DNA of 60,933 nt, counting the filler. It is 8 parts of 8 records of this genome, joined end to end, with 100 filler letters (N's around TTAATTAATTAA, not from the genome) between each part and the next. Parts side by side here need not be neighbours in the genome. Positions count along the whole stretch, not along the records: positions 16,105 to 23,103 come from SRR31156797_61444; positions 23,204 to 30,315 come from SRR31156797_61531; positions 30,416 to 41,572 come from SRR31156797_61564; 5 more parts are not named here. One strand, written 5' to 3'. Made by a program: the position numbers and the translations under genes. This document shows positions 21,977 to 33,732 of this stretch, in pieces. Under the pieces are notes generated by a model. The model saw only the letters and a list, made by a program, of their open reading frames with translations, was not told the DNA's origin and made no database searches. Position 1 is the first letter of the stretch; each line of letters begins with the position of its first letter.

Positions 21977-22437
21977 AAAATCTCTTCCTCATCAGAAAGT
22001 AAATGTTGGAATAGATAATTTTAATTCATATATGAATATATTATTAAGCCATCTAATCTATAAAAAGTCATTCATTTATTAATTACAGTACTTCTATTGT
22101 CCTGCTTTGCGCCCCTTATTATTCTTGATGACTTTTATTTCTTTTGGATATACTTCAGAGGTGTTTGTTCCAGGTTATTGTTGACTAAAAGAGAGGATTC
22201 AGACTAATCACACTTAAGGTGGCAGATATTTCTTGAATAATTAGGAAATAGTGCAGGAATTGCACAAAAGCTGCCCTATTCAAAAGATTGGCCTACGACA
22301 CTAATAATATAATTTTTATTCATATAATACATAATTATTTATACAGTATCTGACTACTCTAACTACTTATATTAAAGTACCTTATTAGCTATCATATATG
22401 AAAGTATAGACGATTTTACATATGATAAGGGTTTTTG

Positions 22438-23103
22438 ATGAATATGATGTTAAAACGAGTTCTGTACATTCTAGTTTTTTTGTTTGTATTTCACACCTCT
22501 GTTGCCAGTGCCTCTGTTGTATATGTTGCTACTGACAAAAGCGGGGATTACAATTGCGATGGGACTGATGATCATGTGGAAATTAACCAGGCGCTTGACT
22601 ATGTTGAGTCCATTGGTGGTGGAACAGTCTATATGAAGTCAGGCACTTATGTAACAAGTGCTCCTCTTAATGTAGGTTCTAACACAGTTTTGACAGGCGA
22701 TTCTGATACTGTGCTTACATTAGATGACAATGTACGTTTCAAAAATGGTGTACCTGTAGTTCGGGTAGAAGACACTGAAAATGTCAAAATTCATGGTTTT
22801 GAAATAGATGGGAACTATGAAAACAACGATGAAAGGTATAAAGGATATCCTCAGTATTATATATTGATTTACAGCTCGAATGTCCATAATATCGAAGTTT
22901 ATGATATGTATTTGCATGACAATACGTATGATCTAATGCATTTCTCAGAGTGCACTGATGTCTCAGTCCATGATAGTGTAGGAAGGAATCCAGGGCACGA
23001 ATTTGTCTGGGTCTCTAAATGTGATGGTGTGGAAATCTTTAACAATGATATGTCTATTCAGATAAACTCCGGAGTTCGTAGTGAAGCAACTAATAATCTG
23101 AAA
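22438..23103 (+). CDS. Secreted right-handed beta-helix (disaggregatase-related/pectate-lyase-like) surface protein, 3'-truncated
   Basis: Signal peptide; VYVA.D.SGDYNCDGTDDHVEINQAL, GFEIDGN, DMYLHD as in Methanosarcinaceae surface proteins. Confidence 0.8.
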
Positions 23104-23203
23104 NNNNNNNNNNNNNNNNNNNNNNNNNNNNNNNNNNNNNNNNNNNNTTAATTAATTAANNNNNNNNNNNNNNNNNNNNNNNNNNNNNNNNNNNNNNNNN
23201 NNN
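23104..23203. other. Artificial contig spacer
   Basis: N-run + TTAATTAATTAA + N-run. Confidence 0.99.
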
Positions 23204-23299
23204 AATGAAGTGCTTTCTGCACAGGTGCATGCCGGAATATTTCTGAAAAATAATGGCATTGTTGTTGCATTTACTGCATTTAATTGTTTTGGCATCCAT
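23204..23299 (-). CDS. TIGR00269/TtuA-like tRNA thiolation protein, N-terminal fragment
   Basis: IKCSKC...[11 protein letters not shown] Zn-finger start. Confidence 0.7.
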
Positions 23300-23454
23300 T
23301 CCTGTAAGGACAGGAGATTTTATTATATAAAATTGTCCTGACAAAACTGGCATTCAGGATTTTTAATTTATCAAGGTATATTTATTATAAAGTTAAAAAG
23401 CAAAATTTAAGTACTAAACAAATATTTTTATGCAAAATACAAAGGAAAACGATA

Positions 23455-24795
23455 ATGAGTATACTTACCGATGTTTCAGTATGGGTATTTCTGATATCGG
23501 TGCTTGCAGGTTATTTTTTAGGTATTATTTCAGGTCTTGTTCCCGGGATCCATACCAACAATTTTGCACTTATATTGCTTGCAGTTTCACCACTTTTTTC
23601 CGATAAGGGAGTACCTGCTGTCTGTATTGCGGCAATGATACTGGCAAACAGTATCTCTCACACATTCCATGACATAATCCCATCTATCTTCCTGGGAGCA
23701 CCTGGTGAAGATACAGCACTGGCAGTACTTCCAGGTCATACTTTACTACTTGAAGGTCTGGGTTCACAGGCCATCCGTCTTTCAGCCTTAGGAAGTGCCG
23801 GTTCTGTTGTACTTTCCCTTCTGACCGTGATACCACTTTCATTTCTCTTTGTGAAAGGCTATCAGGTCATTCAGGAGAACATGGCCTATATCCTCATCTT
23901 TGTTGTCTTTATAATGCTCATAACAGAGAAGGGTGAATATCTCCATGGAGAAGGAAGGATAAATGTATGGAGAAAAAGAGCATTTGCACTTCTGCTTTTT
24001 GTAATGAGTGGAATGTTAGGCATTTTTGCATTCAGGATGGAATTCCTTTCTCATCCGATAATCGGCTGGTCAGAGGGTTCAATACTGCTTCCATTGTTAA
24101 GTGGTCTTTTTGGTGCATCTCAACTAATAATAAGCCTGTTCTCTGACCCAACGATTCCCATGCAGTATGATTCAAAACCGGACCTTGAAAGAAGCAGGAT
24201 TCTCAGGGGTATTGCAACCGGGAGTATATTCGGCTCGATTGTAGCATGGTTACCGGGAGTATCCTCTTCCATAGCAACGGTATTTGCCCGTATCTTCGTT
24301 AAAGAGAAAGCAGATTCAAAGGATGTATTGAATGAAGATGCCCCATCCCTGGATTCCTCAAAAGAGTTTATCGTGTCGATCTCAGGTGTCAACACAAGCA
24401 ATGCGATTTTTGGATTGATGGCACTGGCATTCATCGGCAAGACAAGAAGTGGTGCCATGGTGGCAATAGATGAGCTCATAGGTGGCATCTCCCTTGAGCT
24501 GTCAATGGTACTGCTATTCCTGTGTGCAATCCTACTGACATCTCTGTTGGCCTATTTCTCAACGATATATCTTGGTGACAATATCCATCATCTGCTGGAA
24601 AACATTGATTATCCCAAAATTTGCTATGGAATTATCACATTCCTTGCGTTAATGGTATTACTCTCAACAGGACTTTTTGGTTTACTCATCTTCATCATAT
24701 CCATTCCCATAGGGATGCTTGCACCGTTCCTTGGTGTGAAAAAGAGTCATTGCATGGGTGTGATATTGCTGCCTGTGATCCTGTACTTTATCTAG
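23455..24795 (+). CDS. TctA-family (tripartite tricarboxylate transporter) permease, archaeal type
   Basis: GLVPGIHTN, DIIPSIFLGAP, LAVLPGH, RSGAM. Confidence 0.8.
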   Translation: MSILTDVSVWVFLISVLAGYFLGIISGLVPGIHTNNFALILLAVSPLFSDKGVPAVCIAAMILANSISHTFHDIIPSIFLGAPGEDTALAVLPGHTLLLEGLGSQAIRLSALGSAGSVVLSLLTVIPLSFLFVKGYQVIQENMAYILIFVVFIMLITEKGEYLHGEGRINVWRKRAFALLLFVMSGMLGIFAFRMEFLSHPIIGWSEGSILLPLLSGLFGASQLIISLFSDPTIPMQYDSKPDLERSRILRGIATGSIFGSIVAWLPGVSSSIATVFARIFVKEKADSKDVLNEDAPSLDSSKEFIVSISGVNTSNAIFGLMALAFIGKTRSGAMVAIDELIGGISLELSMVLLFLCAILLTSLLAYFSTIYLGDNIHHLLENIDYPKICYGIITFLALMVLLSTGLFGLLIFIISIPIGMLAPFLGVKKSHCMGVILLPVILYFI

Positions 24796-24796
24796 T

Positions 24797-25162
24797 TCAT
24801 TCAAGGATCTCAGTGTCATCATGCGAATATGCAGGAGAACAGCAGCATAATATCCTGAGTTCTCCAATGCCTGTATTTTTTATATTGTGTGACATTCCGG
24901 GATGGATACAAATGGAATCGCCTTTTTTGATCTTGATTGTATTATCATCCAGTCTCAGCAGCCCGGAACCTGAGAGGATATGGTATACTTCTTCCGTTAT
25001 GTTGTGCCGGTGCAGAAGGGTAGAAGTTCCTGCAGGAACAGTAGCTTCAGCAATGCTCTGCGCAGAATTACCATGTACTTGAGGATGCATCAGCTCTTTG
25101 ATAGATGAACCATCTTTAGTTATGTAGGCTTCAACGTTCCTGCAGGAAGTTCTTGTTATCAT
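24797..25162 (-). CDS. Cupin domain protein
   Basis: YITKDGS.IKELMHP, HRH..TEEVYHIL.G.G, HNIKNTG, CCSPAYSH. Confidence 0.85.
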   Translation of the reverse strand: MITRTSCRNVEAYITKDGSSIKELMHPQVHGNSAQSIAEATVPAGTSTLLHRHNITEEVYHILSGSGLLRLDDNTIKIKKGDSICIHPGMSHNIKNTGIGELRILCCCSPAYSHDDTEILE

Positions 25163-25190
25163 GGTTTGTGGTGGATTTTGTGCTGCCAGC

Positions 25191-25961
25191 TTAATTATCC
25201 TTTTCAAAATGACCTATCATTTCAAGCATCTGATCCTTGATTTCATTGACTGAATCAACCCATTTACCACCTACATCGATGGGTGCAAGTCCATTAAAGT
25301 CTGCTTCCATGAGGTCAGGGTCATATGCCACTTCTCCAAGGACTGGTATTCCAAGTTCTTCCAGTTTCGGTTTGATATTCGCAGAAGTGCCTTTGTTGAT
25401 GATCGCAGCAAGGTGCTTTATGTCAATTCCCTCAGAAAGCTGTTTAATTCTCTGGGCTGTTTCAATGGAGCGCATACCCGGTTCAACGACTACGATCATA
25501 AGATCAATACCTCTGGTTGTGCCTCTTCCCAGATGCTCAATTCCTGCTTCCATGTCAAGAATGACCGCACTTGTATCCTTCAGCACAACGTGCCGCAGAA
25601 ATGCTTTAAGGAATGCAGAGGCTGGACACATGCAACCACTTCCTCCACGTTCAATTGTACCCATCACAAGCATTTTGACGTTGTCCGGTCCTATGACTCC
25701 GAATTTCTCAACAATGTCATCAACCTTCGGGTTAAATTTGAACATGCCCTCTTTTTCCCCGGCTCTCTCCTCGATAAGGTCTTGGTAATCAGTGAGAGGT
25801 TTTGGAGCATTCTCTATTCCAAGAGAAGATGCAAGGTTCATATCAGCATCGGCATCGATGGCAATGACGTCGTATCCATCCCGTGCCAGCATTCGTGCAA
25901 GGGTACCTGAGAGTGTTGTCTTGCCTACTCCGCCTTTCCCGGTAATTGCAATTTTAACCAT
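25191..25961 (-). CDS. cooC: CooC-family nickel-insertion ATPase
   Basis: GKGGVGKTT, GSGCMCP, DMEAGIEHLGRG. Confidence 0.88.
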   Translation of the reverse strand: MVKIAITGKGGVGKTTLSGTLARMLARDGYDVIAIDADADMNLASSLGIENAPKPLTDYQDLIEERAGEKEGMFKFNPKVDDIVEKFGVIGPDNVKMLVMGTIERGGSGCMCPASAFLKAFLRHVVLKDTSAVILDMEAGIEHLGRGTTRGIDLMIVVVEPGMRSIETAQRIKQLSEGIDIKHLAAIINKGTSANIKPKLEELGIPVLGEVAYDPDLMEADFNGLAPIDVGGKWVDSVNEIKDQMLEMIGHFEKDN

Positions 25962-26037
25962 GATCAGAACTGATAATTAATCTGAATTATATCTTCCGGT
26001 TACCTTGCCAGATACTTTGTCCTCAGTCAATGGAGTA

Positions 26038-26871
26038 TCAGACATCCTTTACAACCCTAAAACCAAGTACATATGAGATGCTATCAGCATCAAGACTGCC
26101 ACGGAAATGACTTTTACAGATATTTGGTCCATCCATCCAGCTCCCGCCTCGTCCAACACGAATGTAACTATTCTCTTTTTCCCAGGCGTTTCCATCTGCA
26201 GGCGCATTCTCATAATTGTCGTGCCAGTTATCCTGTACCCATTCCCAGACATTACCGTGCATGTCATAAAGACCCCATGGGTTAGCTTCCTTCTGACCTG
26301 CAGCGTGGGTAGTACTATTTGAATTGATGGCACAGAATCCATAACTATCGGACCATTCATAAGTGTCAAGGTCGGTAGCTTCATCTGTAAATGAAAAATC
26401 GGTAGTTGTTCCTGCACGACAGGCGTATTCCCATTCAGCTTCGGTTGGAAGACGATACTTATCGGTATTCTCCATTTCATTTAACCTGTTGATAAATTCC
26501 TGTGCATCGTACCATGATACCTGTTCAACCGGCAGGTCTTCTCCTTTGAAATAGGATGGATTCTGTCCCATAACTGCTGTCCATTGTGCCTGTGTGACTT
26601 CGTATTGTGCCATATAGAATGCCTTATCTATTGTTACTTTGTGCAGGGGATCATCAAAAGCTACAACAGGGGTTGAATTTGAACCCATGTAAAAATCTCC
26701 GGACTGGATAAGGACAAGTTCCATGCCAATTGAATTGTTCAGTTTTGCTGTTGCGTCTGCTGAACTATTTTCTTCAGTACATCCGGAAAAAAGGATTACT
26801 GTAAAGATTAATAAAAAAGTCCCTGAGAACCTAATCAGGCTTTTCTGGTGTTGGATTTTCAGATATGACAT
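26038..26871 (-). CDS. Formylglycine-generating enzyme (FGE/SUMF1)-family lipoprotein
   Basis: FSGC lipobox, YEVTQAQW, RLPTEAEWEYACRAG, NPWGLYDMHGNVWEW. Confidence 0.88.
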   Translation of the reverse strand: MSYLKIQHQKSLIRFSGTFLLIFTVILFSGCTEENSSADATAKLNNSIGMELVLIQSGDFYMGSNSTPVVAFDDPLHKVTIDKAFYMAQYEVTQAQWTAVMGQNPSYFKGEDLPVEQVSWYDAQEFINRLNEMENTDKYRLPTEAEWEYACRAGTTTDFSFTDEATDLDTYEWSDSYGFCAINSNSTTHAAGQKEANPWGLYDMHGNVWEWVQDNWHDNYENAPADGNAWEKENSYIRVGRGGSWMDGPNICKSHFRGSLDADSISYVLGFRVVKDV

Positions 26872-27005
26872 CTATCATGCGATTAAAAAAATCGCATAAA
26901 TAGATGATCTAAAGGATTTGTGTTCTTTACAATAGTCTATTGTTACTCTATAGTCTGCTGGATTTTTGTTGCTAGTATGCTGGTGGGTTGTTTCATTTTG
27001 TGGTT

Positions 27006-27746
27006 TTATTTTATGGTCTTTACCAGTTCCAGCATCTCATCGACCTCGCTCTCACCATCAACTGAGAACAAGGTACCGTTCACAATACCGGCTTCTATTA
27101 TGTGTTCCCCGTCCGGGGTAAAGCCCATTACAAATGTATTGGTATTCTCATCCTCAAAGGCAGTAACAAAACCGATCATTCTCAAGTCTGTATCTGTAGA
27201 ATTTCCTGATCCTGAGAATATTCTGACAACTGCTTCTGTGCCATCGTTAAGTGTAATTGTCCGTGTCTTGGTTTCCTGGAGTTCTTCGATGTCATTTCCT
27301 TCCTGAAGGTCATTGACCATTTTATCAGTTATTTCTGATATGAGGTCAGTCGGCAATTTTGCACCTGATGGAAGTGACAGGCGATATGTGATCACATGCG
27401 CGCTCATACTTTCCGGCATGTTTATTGAACCAGGCAAATTGTTTTCTTCCGCGAAGCTAAGTGCCTGTTTGTTGATGCTATTCATGAGCCTGTCGTTGTA
27501 GTATCCAACAGTGACTGAGCTTATGGTCATGCTCTTTGAATTGGTAAGATTCTGCTCAAAGGTTTTTTCTTCAATGGACACCTGTGACCACCCGTATGCT
27601 GCTAATGCGCTCTCATCTATAGTTGCAGGGCTGGCTTCTGGAGTTTCAAGGCATCCGGAACTTATTATCATTAAGGATATTAAGAAAAATAATGAAAATA
27701 TCAGGGTAAATTGTTTTGAATTTAAATCTAATATCATTGATATCAC
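27006..27746 (-). CDS. Archaeal lipoprotein (DUF6517-like)
   Basis: SSGCLE..ASPATI..GW N-terminus. Confidence 0.6.
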   Translation of the reverse strand: MISMILDLNSKQFTLIFSLFFLISLMIISSGCLETPEASPATIDESALAAYGWSQVSIEEKTFEQNLTNSKSMTISSVTVGYYNDRLMNSINKQALSFAEENNLPGSINMPESMSAHVITYRLSLPSGAKLPTDLISEITDKMVNDLQEGNDIEELQETKTRTITLNDGTEAVVRIFSGSGNSTDTDLRMIGFVTAFEDENTNTFVMGFTPDGEHIIEAGIVNGTLFSVDGESEVDEMLELVKTIK

Positions 27747-27869
27747 CGGTTTCTATTATTGATTTGTTAATATATTAAATTACATGATCTTAACGATTGT
27801 TGGCTTCCCTTCTTTTTTTAGATACAAAAATCATATAGTTTATATTGCTTTCATTCATAATTCCTATAG

Positions 27870-28751
27870 ATGTATGACATGGACCTGCGTTTCAGGAAAA
27901 TCAGAAAAGTGATGATTTATGTGCTTTTCCTGAATCTTGCTGTTTCGTTTGCCAAGATAGCGTACGGTTTTTTAACAGATGTTCTCAGTATGCAATCAGA
28001 TGGTTTCCATTCCCTTTTTGACGGTGTTTCCAACGTAGTTGGTCTCATCGGTATCCATATAGCTGCAAAGCCGCCCGATAAGGAGCACCCTTACGGACAC
28101 AGGAAATTTGAGACACTTGCATCTGTTTTTATTGCTGTTATACTGGCTGTTGTAGCTTTTGAAATTGTTCACTCGGCGTTTGAACGTTTTGGAAACGGTA
28201 ACAATCCTGAAGTAACTGCAATTAGTTTTGCTGTGATGCTTGGAACAATGTGTGTCAATTATGCTGTGACTACCTATGAACACAAGTCAGCTCATGAACT
28301 TAACAGTGAAGTTCTTCTTGCAGATTCTGCTCACACAAAAAGCGACATATATGTTTCACTCTCAGTTATAATTGGGCTGGTAGCGATTCATTTTGGATAT
28401 CCAATTATAGACCCTTTAATTGCGGTTTTAATCGCTATTGTCATATTGCATGCCGGTGCAGAGATTATTTTCCACAGCGTGTCCATTCTTGCTGATGAAT
28501 CACAGATGGACACCGATAAAATAGCAGAAGTAGTTCGTAATGTTGAGGGTGTGTTAGATTGTCACAAAATTCGAACACGCGGTCCTCCTGGGAATGTTTT
28601 TGTGGATCTTCATGTTGAAGTTGATCCGGAAATGACAACCTACAAATCCCATACTATATCCCATATTGTACAGTATCGTATCAAGGAGAATTTTGAAGGG
28701 GTAGAGGATGTTCTTGTACACGTAGAGCCGGCTCACACACGGTCGATATAA
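27870..28751 (+). CDS. Cation diffusion facilitator (FieF-like)
   Basis: [35 protein letters not shown]. Confidence 0.9.
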   Translation: MYDMDLRFRKIRKVMIYVLFLNLAVSFAKIAYGFLTDVLSMQSDGFHSLFDGVSNVVGLIGIHIAAKPPDKEHPYGHRKFETLASVFIAVILAVVAFEIVHSAFERFGNGNNPEVTAISFAVMLGTMCVNYAVTTYEHKSAHELNSEVLLADSAHTKSDIYVSLSVIIGLVAIHFGYPIIDPLIAVLIAIVILHAGAEIIFHSVSILADESQMDTDKIAEVVRNVEGVLDCHKIRTRGPPGNVFVDLHVEVDPEMTTYKSHTISHIVQYRIKENFEGVEDVLVHVEPAHTRSI

Positions 28752-28776
28752 ATATTATCAGGAACTCTATACGATT

Positions 28777-29874
28777 ATGCCAGGAAATTCATTCGGACAT
28801 TCTTTCAGGATAACAACATGGGGCGAATCCCACGGAAAAGCCCTGGGAGTAGTTATTGACGGAATACCGGCAGGACTTGAGCTTTCAGAAGCTGATGTTC
28901 AGAAAGACCTTGATCGCCGCAGGCCAGGTCAGAGCGAAGTATCAACCCCGCGTTCAGAATCAGACTCAGTGGAAATTCTATCCGGTGTTATAGATGGCGT
29001 TACCACAGGTATGCCAGTATCCATGATGGTATGGAACAAAAATGCAAAACCCAGTGCGTATGACTACATCAGGAATATCCCGCGCCCAGGTCATGCAGAT
29101 CTTTCATATTCTGAGAAGTATGGCATCCGTGATCACAGGGGTGGTGGAAGGTCATCAGGCAGGGAAACCATAGGCAGGGTTGCAGGTGGCGCTGTTGCAA
29201 GAAAACTCCTTTCAATGGCAGGCGTTGAAGTGTTTGCCCATGTTACTGAGCTTGGCGGAATTAAGGCAAAACCTCTTTCTTTTGATGAGATTAAAAGTAA
29301 CGTTGACAAAAATGTTGTACGCTGCGCTGATCCACAGGCCGCTGAAAAAATGCTTGAAAAAGTAGCTGCTGCCCGTCTTGAAGGTGACAGCATCGGCGGT
29401 GCCGTTGAAATAATAGCTACCGGTGTACCGGCAGGTCTTGGAGAACCTGTGTTCAGTAAACTTGATGCTGACATTGCCTTTGCAATGATGGGTATTGGTG
29501 CTGTTAAAGGTGTGGAGATCGGTGCAGGCTTTGAATGTTCAAAAATGCAGGGAAGCCAGATGAACGATCCTATTGTGCTTAAAGATGGTAAACCAATTCC
29601 AAAAACCAATAATGCAGGTGGTATAACAGGAGGCATCTCAACAGGTATGCCAGTTACCTGCAGGATTGCAGTAAAACCAACACCCTCGATTTCAAAAACT
29701 CAGAGAAGCGTTGATATGTCTTCAATGGAAGAAATTGATGTAGAGATACATGGAAGGCATGATCCGACCATCCCACCAAGAATGGTACCTGTGGCCGAGT
29801 CCATGATGGCGCTTGTACTTGCAGACCATATGATAAGAAGCGGACGCATTGGTCTGGATTCCTTACTTAAATAG
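28777..29874 (+). CDS. aroC: Chorismate synthase
   Basis: [40 protein letters not shown]. Confidence 0.95.
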   Translation: MPGNSFGHSFRITTWGESHGKALGVVIDGIPAGLELSEADVQKDLDRRRPGQSEVSTPRSESDSVEILSGVIDGVTTGMPVSMMVWNKNAKPSAYDYIRNIPRPGHADLSYSEKYGIRDHRGGGRSSGRETIGRVAGGAVARKLLSMAGVEVFAHVTELGGIKAKPLSFDEIKSNVDKNVVRCADPQAAEKMLEKVAAARLEGDSIGGAVEIIATGVPAGLGEPVFSKLDADIAFAMMGIGAVKGVEIGAGFECSKMQGSQMNDPIVLKDGKPIPKTNNAGGITGGISTGMPVTCRIAVKPTPSISKTQRSVDMSSMEEIDVEIHGRHDPTIPPRMVPVAESMMALVLADHMIRSGRIGLDSLLK

Positions 29875-29886
29875 ACATTGCTTTAA

Positions 29887-30315
29887 TCAGTTGACAGGGA
29901 GATATCCAACTTCAGAAACTATGGATTGTCCCTGTTCACTTAACACGAATTCAATATATTCCCCGACGGTTCCCTCCGGATTTCCGTTTGTGTAATACTG
30001 CAATGGCCGTGAAAGAGGGTAACTTCCTTTCAGTATTGCGTCTTTTTCAGGGTAGAATGTTCCTTCTGATGTCCTCAAACCTATTGTTTTCACTGTATCA
30101 TCAGCATATGCAAGTCCGATGTACCCAATTGATGTCCGGTCGGATGCCACGGTCTTTACTACAGCTTCAGTGTTCGGCTCTGTTGTTGCACTCTCTGAAT
30201 ACTCTTTGTTATCAAGTACATGTTCTTTAAAAAATCCGTAGGTTCCTGAACTGCTATCTCGGATGAGGACATTTATTTCTTCATCGTTGCCACCAAGAGT
30301 TTTCCAGTTTGTAAC
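29887..30315 (-). CDS. pstS: Phosphate ABC substrate-binding protein, 5'-truncated
   Basis: Frame open to contig edge: NWKTLGG..RDSSSGTYGFF..IGYIG..YPLSRPL. Confidence 0.85.
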   Translation of the reverse strand, partial: VTNWKTLGGNDEEINVLIRDSSSGTYGFFKEHVLDNKEYSESATTEPNTEAVVKTVASDRTSIGYIGLAYADDTVKTIGLRTSEGTFYPEKDAILKGSYPLSRPLQYYTNGNPEGTVGEYIEFVLSEQGQSIVSEVGYLPVN

Positions 30316-30415
30316 NNNNNNNNNNNNNNNNNNNNNNNNNNNNNNNNNNNNNNNNNNNNTTAATTAATTAANNNNNNNNNNNNNNNNNNNNNNNNNNNNN
30401 NNNNNNNNNNNNNNN
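30316..30415. other. Artificial contig spacer
   Basis: N-run + TTAATTAATTAA + N-run. Confidence 0.99.
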
Positions 30416-31805
30416 GGCCTGTTGTGCCCGGTTCCTCGCCCCGGGTCCACCATTTGGCAGTCCAGGTTTTTCCGTTGTGGCAGACTTCATCGCCATTGGT
30501 GTAGATTTCAGACGGATCCCAGGTGGACAGTGACGCGCCTCCTCCCACGGTGATCCCGATGGCCGCGGAATGGCCTATGGCGCCCTGATCGTCGGTTGCT
30601 ACAACTGTAATCACATGAGCACCTTCGGGAGGGTTGATCCATGAAAAACGGTAAGGGGCATTGTACTCCACACCCAAGGATGCGCCATCCGCCAGGAATT
30701 CCACCTGAATAACGGATCCGTCAGTATCGGTTGCATCCGCTGAAAGTATCACCGTTTCACCCGATTCAAATATGTCACCTTCAAGCGGGGCGGTAATGAC
30801 GGCTTGAGGTGAGCGGTTTCCACCGGGATCATTGCCGAAGCCCGTGAAAATATCCATGAAAGCGAATTCCGCCTGATCAAGCCCGCTGCATGTGGGATCG
30901 GCCCAGGCTTTGCCGGCGCATTGACCGTTGTCGCGACCGGCTGACCACATGGACAGCATGGTGACCCGGTCCGTGGATTTTGCCCATGAAAGGAGTTCTT
31001 CCGCATCGGAAAGGTAGAAGCGCTCGGATAGCACATCGTTCTGCCCGATCATGGGGGTGACACCCATCAGGGGATTGAGCCCAAGCCCCAGTGCCTGTTG
31101 ATAGGTGTTAACCGTAGCGTCAATGGCATATTGCCCCATGTTCCCTTCCGGGTGGGGCGCGGCCCAGTCCCCGTAGTCCATGGCCATGACGTTCACCACG
31201 TCCACCCTGACGCCGTTGGCGAGGGCATTTTCCAGGACGTAAAGGCCGTCATGGGTCAGGCCCGAGGGAAGGACGGGGAGGCAGAACGCCACGGTCAGCT
31301 CCGGGTTTGCTTCCTGGAGGCCTTTAATGGCTTTATTCCTGAGATCGATGGAAACCCTGTCGCCAACGGCCCACCCCTCAATGTCAAAGTCCACCCAGGA
31401 AACCCGGTAACGGTCAATGACCGACTGGTAGGCGGCCTGAAGTGTGTCCACATCGTTATGGCACATGGCCAGTTCCGTGCCGTTGGCGCCGCCAAAGGAG
31501 ATGATGACATCTCCCCCCTTTTGTCTAAGGGCATTGATTTCATCCAAATAGAAATTTTCTTCCAGGTCGATGACGCCCCCCCATGCGGGTTTGCAAGCGG
31601 TATCGGCGGTGATGAAGGCGAGGGTGTAATACGGTTGTCCGGTTTGGTCGAAGGTGTCACTGACGGAAAAGGTCGGATAGAGTAGCACATCCACATAGGG
31701 TGCAAAGACTTTTTCCGGGGTCCGGCCGGGGGAAGGAGATGTGAAAAGCAGCAGTATGGCCATAAAGATCAATAGTGCAGAAATATTAAGGTGTGTTTTT
31801 TTCAT
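30416..31805 (-). CDS. Secreted GH18 chitinase with Ig-like and CBM5/12-like domains, 3'-truncated
   Basis: Signal peptide, FAPYVD, ISFGG, catalytic VDFDIEG, NVMAMDYG, Ig-like repeat, AKWWTRGEEPG. Confidence 0.85.
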
Positions 31806-31993
31806 GATAAATTTCCTTTCTCAAATGGAGGCTGCCGGAAAAAACGGTTCCGGTACTGACGGCTATACACCTGAACATGAGATTTGGTCACAACAAAAAA
31901 TCCGGTTTGCTCCAAATTTCTTTCTTCTTGACCATAAAAAGAGCATTCCCCACAGGTTTTACAGGGTTCTGTAAACCATTTTCAAATATCCCC

Positions 31994-32034
31994 TTGACAG
32001 GAAAATCCGTGTCATGGTAGAAAGGTATAACCTT
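31994..32034 (+). promoter_or_regulatory. Sigma70-like promoter with overlapping FadR-type palindrome
   Basis: TTGACA (31994) then TG-g-TAGAAA; AAGGT-ATA-ACCTT at 32022-32034. Confidence 0.6.
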
Positions 32035-32057
32035 AGAACATCAGCTTAGGAGGATAT

Positions 32058-32765
32058 ATGGCGGCGCAGGGAAATGATCACTTTACGGTTATCGATCGTA
32101 AGCGGGTATCCGATGTGGTCATCGACCAGATCAAGCAGTTACTCCTGGATGCCAAATTGAATGTGGGAGACAGGCTCCCTCCCGAGCGGGAGCTGGCAAA
32201 ACAGCTGGGGGTCAGCCGTGCCCCCCTGAGAGAAGCTTTGTTCAGTCTGGCAAACTCCGGATTACTGAAGATTAAGAGGGGCGCAGGGGGAGGGAATTTC
32301 GTGTCTGAACCCAACATGGAACCCTTCGCCGAATCCTTTGCCCTCATGTTGCAGATGGGAAAAGCCAGTGTTCGGGATTTGACGGAGGCTAGGTTGTTTC
32401 TTGAACCGAATACCGCAAAATTGGCTGCTGAAAGAGCCACATCCGAGGATTTGGAAAATATTGAACGGAGTATCTCGGAGTATGAAAAAAAGGTTGACCA
32501 GGATGCACCCCGAAGCCTTGGGGATATGGAATTTCATGTGAATGTGGCGGAGGCCTCAAAGAATATCGTCATGATTTTGATGATTAAAGGTTTAATGGGG
32601 CTCCTTTACAAAACCGTCAAGGACTTTGCTTTATCCCGTGAAGATAAGGAAAAGAGTGCCCATACCCATAGCAGAATTTTTGAAGCCATCCGGACCCGTG
32701 ATTCGGAGCGTGCTTCCGAACTGATGGCCGAGCATGTAAAAGAAATGGCCGTTTTTTGGAAATAG
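32058..32765 (+). CDS. GntR/FadR-family transcriptional regulator
   Basis: GDRLPPERELAKQLGVSRAPLREAL HTH; FCD domain (DMEFH, H..IFEAI, EH). Confidence 0.92.
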   Translation: MAAQGNDHFTVIDRKRVSDVVIDQIKQLLLDAKLNVGDRLPPERELAKQLGVSRAPLREALFSLANSGLLKIKRGAGGGNFVSEPNMEPFAESFALMLQMGKASVRDLTEARLFLEPNTAKLAAERATSEDLENIERSISEYEKKVDQDAPRSLGDMEFHVNVAEASKNIVMILMIKGLMGLLYKTVKDFALSREDKEKSAHTHSRIFEAIRTRDSERASELMAEHVKEMAVFWK

Positions 32766-32823
32766 ATTGAAGAAACGTTTTTAAATAACTGAAAATACAA
32801 GTATTTTACGGGAGATATTCCCA

Positions 32824-33705
32824 TTGCTTTTGCCCAAATTTCAGTATCACGAGCCGCGGACCCTGATGGAAGCCTGCCGGATTATGGCGGAGCTCAAGGA
32901 TCGTGCCAGGCCTCTTGCCGGGGGGACGGATCTCCTTGTCAATATGAAAAAGGGCATTCTCTCACCGGAATCCCTGGTCTCCCTGTCCCTGATTCCGGAA
33001 CTCTCCCGTATGGAGAGTACCGGAGCCATGCTCAGAATAGGGGCCTGTGGTGCCATTTCGAAGCTGGCCGCATCCCGGGTGGTATGTGAAAAATTCAAGG
33101 CGCTGCGTTCAAGCGCCGGGAGTCTCGGTTCGCCCCTCATCCGGAACCTTGCCACCGCCGGGGGAAATCTTGTGAGCGCAAGGCCCGCGGCCGATCTCCC
33201 GCCTGCCCTCATGGCCTACGGCGCAAGGGTGGTACTGAAAAAGGTATCCGGAGAAAAAATTCTGCCGCTTCACGATTTTTTCCTGGGACCGGGACAAACC
33301 GCCATGGAAGCGGACGAGATCCTTACGGAGATTCTGGTTCCCGATCCCCCACCCGGATCAGGTGCCGCCCATATGAAACTGGGGAATCGGAAATCCCTGG
33401 AGATATCGGTGGTCAATGCGGCTTCCTTTATCTCACTTAGTGGCAGCGGGGAGACCATCGGAAAAGCCCGCATTGTGCTTGGGGCCGTTGCCCCCGTCCC
33501 CATGCGGGCCGTTTTTACGGAACGGTTGCTCACGGGAAAGAAAGCCTCCGACCTTCTGTTTCGCCGGGCCGCGGACCTAGCCGCCGCGGAATGCAGACCC
33601 ATTGATGATTTCAGGGGTTCCGCCCGTTACAGACGCGCCATGGTAATGGTGCTTGTGGAAAGAACCCTGAAAAAGGCATGGAAAAGAGCTGTACAATGGC
33701 CGTGA
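32824..33705 (+). CDS. Xanthine dehydrogenase family FAD-binding (medium) subunit
   Basis: LAGGTDL, IRNLATAGGNL, PIDDFRGSARYR; TTG start. Confidence 0.9.
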   Translation: MLLPKFQYHEPRTLMEACRIMAELKDRARPLAGGTDLLVNMKKGILSPESLVSLSLIPELSRMESTGAMLRIGACGAISKLAASRVVCEKFKALRSSAGSLGSPLIRNLATAGGNLVSARPAADLPPALMAYGARVVLKKVSGEKILPLHDFFLGPGQTAMEADEILTEILVPDPPPGSGAAHMKLGNRKSLEISVVNAASFISLSGSGETIGKARIVLGAVAPVPMRAVFTERLLTGKKASDLLFRRAADLAAAECRPIDDFRGSARYRRAMVMVLVERTLKKAWKRAVQWP

Positions 33706-33732
33706 AAGAGTTGAAGCCAAAATGGGAACCAA

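Noticed and set aside
23455-29874. TAG stops in methanogen genes (tctA-like, aroC) as pyrrolysine codons
   Set aside because: They fall at the natural C-termini, facing convergent genes.
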